From: an uncultured Bacilli bacterium
GTDB taxonomy: Bacteria > Bacillota_I > Bacilli_A > RF39 > UBA660
Assembly (NCBI GenBank): GCA_947632295.1
Contig: CANROQ010000001.1
Location: forward strand, 1-30,932
Length of the DNA stretch: 30,932 bases
Direction: 5' to 3'
Position numbers and translations under genes: made by a program. Each line of letters begins with the position of its first letter. The first letter of the stretch is position 1. Below, in pieces: positions 7,933 to 16,701 of this stretch. Under the pieces are notes generated by a model, which was given only the letters and a program-made list of their open reading frames with translations, searched no databases and was not told where the DNA came from.

Positions 7933-9528
7933 TTATTCTTTTGTAACTTTAATATCTAAGAATAATTTAAGTTCGTCTTCAGTAATTGGACTATCTAATT
8001 TTTCATATTCAACACGATAAACATGTTCATCATCAAGTTGATAACAAACCGTTGCTTTATAAGATTTACCATATGAAGTTTCATAAGATAATAATTTATA
8101 AGCAAATTCTTTATTATTTACTTTTAATGTTTTTTCTTCACTTAATTCGACATTTTTATAATTAGATTCTTTTTCATAATAAGATTTATCATATTCTATA
8201 TCTTCAAATCTTTCAGTTTTATTATCACTATAATTTGAAAGTGTAACATCAAGATCATCACTATGATAAATTTTAAAAGTTTCATCATTTACACTACTTG
8301 CTTCAAAACCTTCTGGCATTTTATATGTTACTTTAAAACCATAATCAGTAATAGCATAATCATCAACATATTCTTCATTATCTATATCTTCATCATAATC
8401 AGTATTAGGTAATTCACCAATATTACCCAAAGAATCAAAATCGATTTCTTTGGCATTTTTTGCCTCATTTGGTATTGTAATTGTTGAAACTTTATTAATA
8501 TCTTTATATTCAATTGATAAATTTAACTTTTCAAATTCAATTTCACCAGCAGCAACTTCATTAATCCAATCAGCCATATCAAGAGTGAATTTAGATACAT
8601 AGTTATCTTTTTTATCAATATAAATACCAATTACAAAACCTTTTTCTAATTTCATAGCCTCAATTTCGCTATCACTTAATTCAACTTCTTCTAAAGCCTC
8701 ATCGATTTTTTTAATATATTCTTCATTAATAACTAATTCATAATAATCTAAACCGTCAATATCACTAGTTTTCTTTTGTATAAAATCAATATTTTTGATT
8801 TTTTCTTCAATTTTATCTAGGTCAATTTCTTCATCAGAACTATTAATTGATTCATTTACTAAATCTTCAAAATTTATTTCTCCTAAAGTAATTTTTGACC
8901 AAGTACTATTATCAACTAAAGCTTCCGGTAATTTAAAATAAATTACGCCATTTTTTTCATCACTTAAATCTACATAAGCAGGTATTTCAATAGAAACTCC
9001 ACTATATGAAGCATTGATATTAATTTTAGCCATTTTATTTTTAATATCAATACTGTTTTCTAAATTGAAATTCATTGCAAAACTATCTTCGCCTTTAGTT
9101 TCAACATCGGCTTTAATAGCCATAGTATAACTATTTAAATTTTCCATATTATTGAATGCTTTTTCAATAGCATCAATAGCCTTTTCATCTTTTTTAAATA
9201 AGAAAAAATATAAAGCTGTTGCAATACCAGCTAATACAACTAAAATAGCTAATATAATTAAAAATGCTTTACTAGTTGAACCTTTTTGAATATTTTCCTT
9301 TGAAATATTATTCATTGATGGTTCTTCTTTTTTTTCTTCTTTTTTAACATCTTCATTAGTAACTTGTTCTTCTTGAACATCTTCTTGTACTTTTACCTCT
9401 TCAGTAGTTGCTTCTTCTTTGACATCCTCTTTTGTTTCTACAGTTTCGTCATCTTTGACTTTATGACCACAGTTTGTACAAAAAACAGCATCCTTTGACA
9501 ATTTTTCGCCACAATTTTCACAAAACAT
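7933..9528 (-). CDS. Zinc-ribbon domain, single-TM surface protein
   Basis: MFCENCG...FCTNCG double CxxC, acidic linker, TM helix, large acidic extracellular part. Confidence 0.75.
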   Translation of the reverse strand: MFCENCGEKLSKDAVFCTNCGHKVKDDETVETKEDVKEEATTEEVKVQEDVQEEQVTNEDVKKEEKKEEPSMNNISKENIQKGSTSKAFLIILAILVVLAGIATALYFFLFKKDEKAIDAIEKAFNNMENLNSYTMAIKADVETKGEDSFAMNFNLENSIDIKNKMAKININASYSGVSIEIPAYVDLSDEKNGVIYFKLPEALVDNSTWSKITLGEINFEDLVNESINSSDEEIDLDKIEEKIKNIDFIQKKTSDIDGLDYYELVINEEYIKKIDEALEEVELSDSEIEAMKLEKGFVIGIYIDKKDNYVSKFTLDMADWINEVAAGEIEFEKLNLSIEYKDINKVSTITIPNEAKNAKEIDFDSLGNIGELPNTDYDEDIDNEEYVDDYAITDYGFKVTYKMPEGFEASSVNDETFKIYHSDDLDVTLSNYSDNKTERFEDIEYDKSYYEKESNYKNVELSEEKTLKVNNKEFAYKLLSYETSYGKSYKATVCYQLDDEHVYRVEYEKLDSPITEDELKLFLDIKVTKE

Positions 9529-9768
9529 ACTTTCAACTCCACTTTCTATATCATTATAATATGATAATGCAACAACGAATATTCAAACTCAGTTGTGCTA
9601 GTTATATTATAACAAATTTTTTTAAGAAAGCAACTAAAACTTTAACATTAATGTAGAAAATATAAAGTTTAAACTATAATTTTGAAAATAATATTACTTG
9701 ACACTTAGAATTAAGTATATATTTATTTTTTTTGTCGTTTAATGTATAATTATGATAGGTGATAATAA

Positions 9769-11772
9769 ATGAAAAATAAAAATCATAATAAAAACTATGA
9801 CAATATGGAAACCTTTAACGATATCATGAGTCGAAATGATCGAAAGAATTATCAAAAATTGTTAAAAGAAGAACAACAAAATAATGAAAATAAGCAAGAT
9901 ATTAAAGAAGAAATCAAACATGTAGAAAATAAACAACCAAAAGCAATTGATAAAGAAATAATACATGAATGTAAAACAAAAAAATCTATTGGTCTTATCA
10001 TTTTTTCAATTATAAGTTTAATTTTAAGTTTAGGTTATTTAGGTTTCAATTTAATTTTTGCAAAAGACGAAATTAATAATACTTTTTTAATTGTTAATGC
10101 TTCTATTTTAGCCTTGTTTGCTTTATTTTTAACATTAACAATGATTATAAGTAAACTAAAAGTTAAAAATATTTTAGGAATATTTACATCTATCATCTTT
10201 TCAGGATTTATTATTTTTAATTTTTTAGTTGCTAAAGATATTATCAACCTACCTACTCAAGCCTTATTAGAAAATTTTACTGGTAAATCTATTACAGAAG
10301 CATTAAAGTGGGCTAAAGAAAATAATATTGATGTAAAACAAATTTATGAATATAGTGATAATATTTTGGAATATAACATCATAACCCAAAGTGTATCACC
10401 TAACACATTATTAAAAAAAGTAGATGAAATAACATTCACCGTATCGTATGGTCCAAATTATGATAAAATTGTATCAATTCCTAATATGGTCGGTTGGGAA
10501 ATTGATTCAGCTATTAAAACAATAAATGAAAATTTTTTAAACAATGTTAATATCGAATATGAAATAAACGATGAGGTTAAAAAAGATATAATTATAAATC
10601 AAAGTACTAGTGGTCAAATTAGAAGAAATGATGAATTGACACTTACCGTATCATTAGGTCGTGAAGATGAATTAGAACCAGTTGAAATGATTAATTTACA
10701 AGATAAAAGTTTATTTGAAGCAACTCTTTGGTTAAAAAGACATGGTATTAAATATGAAATAGAATATGTTTTTTCAGATAAAGTAAAAAAAGATTTTGTC
10801 GTTGGTCAAAAAACAGAAGTTGGAGAAATGGTTGATCCAAAAGAAGATACAGTAACACTTGTCATATCTAAAGGTAAAAAAATAATAGTTCCTGATTTAA
10901 CAAAAATGACAGTTGATGAAGTTACAACTTGGATTATGGAAAATAATTTAAAAGTAAGCTTTGAGTCAAAATACGATTCTTCAATTGAAGCTGGAAAAAT
11001 AATTGAAGCAGATTATAGCGAAAATGATGAAGTTGAAGCTGGTACTATTATTACTGTCACAATTTCAAAAGGGCCTTTAAAAATGCCTAAATTTAATAAT
11101 GTAACCGAATTTAGAAATTGGGCTAATAGTAATTCAATAGAATATCGTGAAGAATATGAATTTAATGATGAGATAAATAATGGAGATATTATTAAAACTA
11201 TTCCAGAAGCTGATACAGTCATTAATTATTCCGATACTATTATTATAAAAATTTCTTATGGAAAACCAGTTACTATTCCAAACTTTATTGGAAAAAGTCG
11301 TGGTGAAATCGAAAATACTTGCTATAATATCGGATTAAATTGTACATTCTATTATAACGGTTATTCTAATACGCCTTATGATATCGCTCAAAATCAAAAT
11401 AAAGTAGAAGGAGCACAAGTTGTAAGTGGAACTTATGTAAGTATTGGTTTAAGTAGCGGTCCAAAACCTGCTGAAAACAATCAACCAAATAATGATAAAC
11501 CACAAGAAAACCCACCTACTAATCAATGTACAAGTACTGAACAACATAGATTAAAAATTGAAAAAGATTGGATTATGGGTGGTTCTGCCCAAGCTACAAT
11601 TAATACACTAACACAAAAATTGAAAGAAAAATATCCTAATGTTAAATTTGATTTTGGAAAAGATAGTTGTAATCTCCCAGCTGGTTATATATCAGAAAAA
11701 TCTCCAATTACAAATAATTCGACAATAAAAGATTGTCAAGATAAAGCATATACAATTATTGTTTGTGAATAG
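9769..11772 (+). CDS. Membrane protein with about six tandem PASTA domains and no kinase or PBP domain
   Basis: About three N-terminal TM helices, then repeated (V/I)PN(F/L)xG...II.Q...(V/I)S.G units; AGGTGAT SD. Confidence 0.85.
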   Translation: MKNKNHNKNYDNMETFNDIMSRNDRKNYQKLLKEEQQNNENKQDIKEEIKHVENKQPKAIDKEIIHECKTKKSIGLIIFSIISLILSLGYLGFNLIFAKDEINNTFLIVNASILALFALFLTLTMIISKLKVKNILGIFTSIIFSGFIIFNFLVAKDIINLPTQALLENFTGKSITEALKWAKENNIDVKQIYEYSDNILEYNIITQSVSPNTLLKKVDEITFTVSYGPNYDKIVSIPNMVGWEIDSAIKTINENFLNNVNIEYEINDEVKKDIIINQSTSGQIRRNDELTLTVSLGREDELEPVEMINLQDKSLFEATLWLKRHGIKYEIEYVFSDKVKKDFVVGQKTEVGEMVDPKEDTVTLVISKGKKIIVPDLTKMTVDEVTTWIMENNLKVSFESKYDSSIEAGKIIEADYSENDEVEAGTIITVTISKGPLKMPKFNNVTEFRNWANSNSIEYREEYEFNDEINNGDIIKTIPEADTVINYSDTIIIKISYGKPVTIPNFIGKSRGEIENTCYNIGLNCTFYYNGYSNTPYDIAQNQNKVEGAQVVSGTYVSIGLSSGPKPAENNQPNNDKPQENPPTNQCTSTEQHRLKIEKDWIMGGSAQATINTLTQKLKEKYPNVKFDFGKDSCNLPAGYISEKSPITNNSTIKDCQDKAYTIIVCE

Positions 11773-11795
11773 GCAAAAAAATTGCCTATTTTTTT
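11768..11795 (+). terminator. Intrinsic terminator of the PASTA gene
   Basis: AATAGGCAA-aaaaa-TTGCCTATT followed by a T-run. Confidence 0.8.
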
Positions 11796-11833
11796 ATAAA
11801 TACGCAATATTTGATAATTTTTTACTTGTTCGC

Positions 11834-11862
11834 TTGTTTTAATATATTACAAATTGTATAAT
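11834..11862 (+). promoter_or_regulatory. Promoter of the small peptide (putative toxin) mRNA
   Basis: TTGTTT-17 nt-TATAAT, about 70 nt before the ATG at 11931. Confidence 0.6.
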
Positions 11863-11930
11863 ATTATAGGAATATTTAGTTAGCTTAGGTACTATTCTCC
11901 TTTACTTTTAAAGTGGAAGAAGGTGAAATT

Positions 11931-12023
11931 ATGAGAAAGCAAGAGCAATATCTTTGCACAATCATAATACTCCTTATTATCGTGATTTTTATCATTTTAA
12001 TAAAAATAGTACCAACTGTATAA
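11931..12023 (+). CDS. 30-aa single-TM peptide, putative type I toxin (MRKQEQYLCTIIILLIIVIFIILIKIVPTV)
   Basis: GAAGGTGAAATT SD in the style used across this window; basic N-terminus plus a long hydrophobic stretch; own promoter and terminator; convergent antisense unit. Confidence 0.7.
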   Translation: MRKQEQYLCTIIILLIIVIFIILIKIVPTV

Positions 12024-12033
12024 GTCGGTACTA
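12000..12033 (-). terminator. Terminator of the antisense RNA
   Basis: Minus-strand RNA UAGUACCGAC-UUAUACA-GUUGGUACUA (10 bp including a G-U pair that is an A-C mismatch on the plus strand) followed by UUUUUAUU. Confidence 0.7.
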
Positions 12034-12048
12034 ACACAAAATTTTTTT

Positions 12049-12090
12049 GGAATAGTACCTAACTCTTCAAAACTAGGTATTCCTTTTTTA
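12049..12090 (+). terminator. Terminator of the peptide mRNA
   Basis: GGAA(tag)TACCTA...TAGGTA-TTCC bulged hairpin followed by a T-run. Confidence 0.6.
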
Positions 12091-12117
12091 TTATATGCAA
12101 GTTTCCTTGACATATTA

Positions 12118-12146
12118 ATAATATCATATTTTACAATCTTTGTCAA
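12118..12146 (-). promoter_or_regulatory. Promoter of the antisense RNA
   Basis: Minus strand TTGACA-17 nt-TATTAT with an extended -10 (TGa). Confidence 0.7.
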
Positions 12147-12250
12147 AAATTTTGATAATATCATAAATATTAATAATTACAAAATAATATTTATTTTTAT
12201 ATACGAATTTATGAAAATACTTTTATAATAAAAACCAAATTTTAAATATT

Positions 12251-12276
12251 AAAAGAGGATTAGCGAATCCTCTTTT
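12251..12276 (-). terminator. Terminator of the glucosaminidase gene (possibly bidirectional)
   Basis: AAAAGAGGATT-agcg-AATCCTCTTTT, an 11-bp perfect stem at the stop codon. Confidence 0.8.
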
Positions 12277-15200
12277 ATTCAACTATCATCAAAATTCTAT
12301 ATCGATTATTTTTATCAACTTTAAATGAATACTTTTTATTATTTTGAACAAATGTAGTATTAATTTTTCCATTGAAAACATCTTGTAACTCTCCAAAGTC
12401 AGATACATTTGAACTAGTCGCAACATTAATAGAATAAGTTCCTTTTGGTATATTTGATACATCTAATGTTGCATTATACCATGCTCTAGTTTTATCAAAA
12501 CCATCTGGCACTCTTAACTCTACAGTGTATTCACCATTATCAATACTACCAATATCATAAGTAAATTTCTCGAAAGTATCAACATTTTCAAAATATAATG
12601 TTCTTTTTACATTTGTATTTGCTGCATAATCACCACCAATAATATGTGAAACACCTTTTATAACTAACTTGCTATTTTGAAAGTCAATTGTATCATATTC
12701 ATTATAAATATTATATCTAGAATTGGCATTTTTTTCACTAACAAAATCATCTCTAATAAATAATTGAATTGGTACTTCACGACTATCATAATTATTTATA
12801 ATCAATGCATTTTTATTTTTTCCTTTAAAAAATGGAGCCATTTCAAAACCAAATACATTAGAAACAATACTTTCAGCAACTTTATTATCTGCTAATGCAG
12901 CCACTGACAATGTATAATTACCATTAGCTAAACTATCGATATCAATATTACCTTCAAACCACGAATATGTATAATTAAATCCATTTTCAGATTCTATTTC
13001 AAAAGGCATATCATCTTTTTTTACAATTCTATTTAATTTTTGAGTTTTTATATTACCTTTTTCATCAATTAGACGCAATTCATATTTAATATCAGTATTC
13101 AAATCATTATTAATTCCTAAAATTTTTAAATAACCTTTTATTTGTAATTTATTATCAACATTTTTTAAATATTCGAAATCAAATTCTCCATCAGTATTAG
13201 CTTTTAAAACTTTATCACTAGAACTTTGGTTATTATTAGAATCAGATTTATCTCCAGTAGATGGTACATTATTATTAATACCAATTATTAATTTAACAGT
13301 TTTACTAACACTAAAATTACTTTTATCTTTTACTGTATAAGTTACACTATATTCACCAGGTACATTAAAATCAGCATTAGTATCATATGTTAATCTTGAA
13401 GTAATATCGCCATCTTCTGTATCACTAGCAGTTACATCTTTTAATAAATTAACATTATCTCCAACTTTTATAGTTATATCTTTAGCATTAATAGTTGGTT
13501 GAGAATTTGAAACATATAAATCAGATGCTTTTACATAACCATAACTATATTCACGATTATAGTTATCAGTTACTATATTTTTATTTTCATCTAAACCAAT
13601 TTCCGTATAAACTTTATACCACCAATTATTATTAGCCTGAATTTTATCTAACACTATTAATGGAATATTAATAACATCTTCTGTATCATTATTTACATTA
13701 TAAATTTGTTTAGAATTTTCATTTGGTTCAGCATAAACGAAAATATCACTACTACCTACTTTAATTCCTATTGTATTATATAAATAATCAGCTTTACCAT
13801 AAGAATTATCAGCAAAGAAATAATTTTGAGCAGCTTTTTCACCCCAATATGGATCTGATGCATACATAACGTTCATACCACTACCCTTGTTTCCATAATG
13901 TGTTCCATGATAATATGAATGGTTTGGATTATTATAATTTTCACCTGTTAGACGAGCATGTTCATAAATTGAATCACTGATAGATTTATATGTTGTAGCA
14001 CAGCCAAATGGACAACTATCATAAGCATTATGACCAAATAAATTATTTTTAGCAAACGCTAAAGCACTAGTACCAGTTGCACTTTCATTAATTGCGGCTG
14101 AAAATGTAAGCAAAGCATTTACACCATATAACTCTTGACTAGCAATAAAACTTGCACCTTCACCTACCATTTGTGAAATACCATTTCGATTGATGCCACC
14201 GATAAAATTACCATTATCATCGACATATTTTGTATCGGCAGCTGGTTTAGAATAATAACCTTTTTGCTCAATAATATAATTTAAGTCATCAGCCGTATAT
14301 GATGTTTGTGAACGATTAGGTAAATATAAATAATAAGCAAAGAATGGATTATTTTTATTGATAGCGTTATCATAATTATCATTTTTATAATCATCTAACA
14401 TTTTAATTAAATCATCATAAAAGTAATTTCCATCAAAACTATAATATATTTTATAGGCAGTTAAAAAATCTGGAGATGGTCCTAAATTAGTATAAGTCGA
14501 TGCTTCTACACCTGAAGTATTATAAGCAAAATAATGCAATAAATTTCCTGTTTCTCCCCAATTTTGATAATAAGTTTTTAACCCTGTTTCAACATCTTCA
14601 GAAATTCCATTATCAACATTAGCTATCCAACCATCGCGACCATTGTACCATATTTTATACCAAGTAAATCCGCCATTTTCCTTTTTTTCAGTATAAGAAA
14701 ATATTTGACCACTGACTACATAACCTATGTAATTACTACTAGAACTAGCATCTTCTCGAACATTTAAAGCATCCTTAATATTTTCATTAATTCTTAAATT
14801 ATTGGTATATAACTTTGTAATTGGAACTATATTTAAGTAGTCACCAGTAGAATCACCCAAATCAGCCCAACCTGTAAAACCACTAATTTTTAATTTAACA
14901 CGATTAGTATTTGGATCATAATCAATAAAAGCAGCATCTAGGCCATAAGATGGATGAGTATATGTATAGTAAACGCTACTTGTCGATGTTTGATATAAGT
15001 TAATAGTTGTATCTCTTGGATTAAATTTTACCATAGCGTATTTAGCATTAATAAGTTTACCATTTCGATATATAACTGCTACTTTCGAAGCATCAGACTT
15101 ATGTTCATTCATTTTTTGTTTAGCTTCATTATAATCAGTATATTTTCCAATTTCGGTTAAACTACCATCTTTATTTAATTCGGAAACGACATATTCAACC

Positions 15201-15292
15201 TCTTCTGCTTTTACATTAAATTGAATACCAATAGGAAATAAATAACAAAATAAAATATTTATTATTAAGAATATATTTAATATTTTTTTCAT
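12275..15292 (-). CDS. Secreted multidomain GH73 glucosaminidase/autolysin with SH3b and Ig-like (DUF5011-like) domains
   Basis: Signal peptide; SH3b-like LNVRED...TWYKI...GWI; GH73 YGVNAL...INESATG...NNLFG and YASDPYWGEK; Ig-like PTINAKDITIKVGD...VTASDTEDGDIT. GGAGG SD supports a start at 15292. Confidence 0.85.
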   Translation of the reverse strand: MKKILNIFLIINILFCYLFPIGIQFNVKAEEVEYVVSELNKDGSLTEIGKYTDYNEAKQKMNEHKSDASKVAVIYRNGKLINAKYAMVKFNPRDTTINLYQTSTSSVYYTYTHPSYGLDAAFIDYDPNTNRVKLKISGFTGWADLGDSTGDYLNIVPITKLYTNNLRINENIKDALNVREDASSSSNYIGYVVSGQIFSYTEKKENGGFTWYKIWYNGRDGWIANVDNGISEDVETGLKTYYQNWGETGNLLHYFAYNTSGVEASTYTNLGPSPDFLTAYKIYYSFDGNYFYDDLIKMLDDYKNDNYDNAINKNNPFFAYYLYLPNRSQTSYTADDLNYIIEQKGYYSKPAADTKYVDDNGNFIGGINRNGISQMVGEGASFIASQELYGVNALLTFSAAINESATGTSALAFAKNNLFGHNAYDSCPFGCATTYKSISDSIYEHARLTGENYNNPNHSYYHGTHYGNKGSGMNVMYASDPYWGEKAAQNYFFADNSYGKADYLYNTIGIKVGSSDIFVYAEPNENSKQIYNVNNDTEDVINIPLIVLDKIQANNNWWYKVYTEIGLDENKNIVTDNYNREYSYGYVKASDLYVSNSQPTINAKDITIKVGDNVNLLKDVTASDTEDGDITSRLTYDTNADFNVPGEYSVTYTVKDKSNFSVSKTVKLIIGINNNVPSTGDKSDSNNNQSSSDKVLKANTDGEFDFEYLKNVDNKLQIKGYLKILGINNDLNTDIKYELRLIDEKGNIKTQKLNRIVKKDDMPFEIESENGFNYTYSWFEGNIDIDSLANGNYTLSVAALADNKVAESIVSNVFGFEMAPFFKGKNKNALIINNYDSREVPIQLFIRDDFVSEKNANSRYNIYNEYDTIDFQNSKLVIKGVSHIIGGDYAANTNVKRTLYFENVDTFEKFTYDIGSIDNGEYTVELRVPDGFDKTRAWYNATLDVSNIPKGTYSINVATSSNVSDFGELQDVFNGKINTTFVQNNKKYSFKVDKNNRYRILMIVE

Positions 15293-15319
15293 TAATAAAC
15301 CTCCTATCTCAACTATTTT

Positions 15320-15348
15320 ATTATACCATAAAAAGCGACAATATTCAA
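15320..15348 (-). promoter_or_regulatory. Promoter of the glucosaminidase gene
   Basis: Minus strand TTGAAT-17 nt-TATAAT with an extended -10 TG. Confidence 0.7.
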
Positions 15349-15444
15349 CAAAATAAAAAGGAAACTGTAACACTACAGGTTCCCTCTGTATTATAAAAAA
15401 TAATACACTATATTATATGTCATACAACAATTAATATTACCTAA

Positions 15445-15473
15445 TTGACAAAAGTATTTAAAACATATAAAAT
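15445..15473 (+). promoter_or_regulatory. Promoter of the pgsA-like gene
   Basis: TTGACA-17 nt-TAAAAT. Confidence 0.7.
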
Positions 15474-15494
15474 TAATATGAAAGGATGTCGAAC

Positions 15495-16013
15495 ATGATT
15501 AAATACATTCCAAATATTTTAACTGCATTACGTATAATAAGTATTCCATTTATTGTCATTTTATTTACATTTAATAAAATTGAATTGGCTATCATTATCG
15601 CAATCATTACAGCTATTACTGATTGTTTTGACGGATTTATAGCTAGAAAATTCAATGTAACAAGTGAATTTGGAGCAAAATTAGATGCAGTTAGTGATAA
15701 ATTTTTTGCAATTGGGCTTTTAATCACATTATCGATAAAATTTCATCTTCTATTTTTGAGTTTAGGTTTAGAAATTATAATCGCAATTATCAATCTATAT
15801 TTATTTTATAAAACTAAAATTACAAAATCACTATTTATTGGAAAAATAAAAACATGGTTTTTATTCCTAACAGTTATTTTAGGATTTATTGCCTGTTTTA
15901 ACGATAATTTTATATTATCTATGAATGTTATGTTTATAACGACAACAATCTTGCAAATATTTAGTATTATAAATTACATTGTTACATATACAAAAAGAAA
16001 GGTTAAAAATTAA
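15495..16013 (+). CDS. CDP-alcohol phosphatidyltransferase (PgsA-like)
   Basis: IPNILTALRI and the DxxDGxxAR...GxxLDxxxD signature (TDCFDGFIARKFNVTSEFGAKLDAVSDK); AAAGGA SD before ATG 15495. Confidence 0.9.
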   Translation: MIKYIPNILTALRIISIPFIVILFTFNKIELAIIIAIITAITDCFDGFIARKFNVTSEFGAKLDAVSDKFFAIGLLITLSIKFHLLFLSLGLEIIIAIINLYLFYKTKITKSLFIGKIKTWFLFLTVILGFIACFNDNFILSMNVMFITTTILQIFSIINYIVTYTKRKVKN

Positions 16014-16017
16014 CCTT

Positions 16018-16701
16018 TTATTTTGCATTTAAAATATCAATTACTTCACTAAAGTTATGTACGATAACTTTACTAACACTCTTAATATTTTTATCAGCAT
16101 GTTCAAATGAAAAACTATTAAAATTTCGACACATTTCTATATCATTAATGTTATCCCCAACAGTATAGATATTTTCACTTTTTAAATTATAATTATTAAT
16201 TAAAAATTTTATTGCTTCATATTTAGAAACTTTTTTATTCCGTATATTAATATGATCATTACTTAAATAAGCATAAACTAAAGGAAATTTTTGATTTATT
16301 TCTTCAACTAAATTTTCACATTTATTTCTATCAATAAATTTTCCCGCAATAGTATTAGCGTGTGTTCCACTAGCGATATTATCATTTTCAATAAAAGAAA
16401 ATGATATATTTGAATCACTATCTAATAAATTACATATGGGATTAATTAATTCTCTATCGATATCGCATACAAATAAATTATTATGCTTATTATCATAAAT
16501 AGATGCTCCATCACTACATATTAAATAACTATATTTTATTTTATAATCTAAAATATCAAGTTTAAGATTATTAATACTTCTTCCTGTTGCAATAATAAAT
16601 ATATTTCCATGATCGACAAAATCATTAACTTTTTTTATATTATTTAAATAATCATCATCAAAAAAAGTACCATCAAAATCACTAATTAATATTTTCATCA
16701 T
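16018..16701 (-). CDS. HAD-superfamily (Cof/IIB-like) hydrolase
   Basis: SDFDGT motif I, ATGRS, SK, VGDNIND motif IV. Confidence 0.88.
   Translation of the reverse strand: MMKILISDFDGTFFDDDYLNNIKKVNDFVDHGNIFIIATGRSINNLKLDILDYKIKYSYLICSDGASIYDNKHNNLFVCDIDRELINPICNLLDSDSNISFSFIENDNIASGTHANTIAGKFIDRNKCENLVEEINQKFPLVYAYLSNDHINIRNKKVSKYEAIKFLINNYNLKSENIYTVGDNINDIEMCRNFNSFSFEHADKNIKSVSKVIVHNFSEVIDILNAK

Larger units (their letters stand above)
12000..12111 (-). ncRNA. Putative cis-antisense antitoxin RNA, about 110 nt
   Basis: Lies between a minus-strand promoter (12118-12146) and a minus-strand terminator (12000-12033); overlaps the 3' end and 3' UTR of the peptide gene. Confidence 0.6.

Noticed and set aside
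11997-12113. 38-codon ORF on the antisense RNA (MSRKLAYNKKGIP...YYFY)
   Set aside because: No SD, ATG at or before the predicted TSS, and the stop codon lies beyond the terminator U-tract.
15375-15403. PreQ1-I riboswitch-like stem plus A-rich tail
   Set aside because: Loop is only 7 nt, it lies upstream of the pgsA promoter, and there is no queuosine-related gene.
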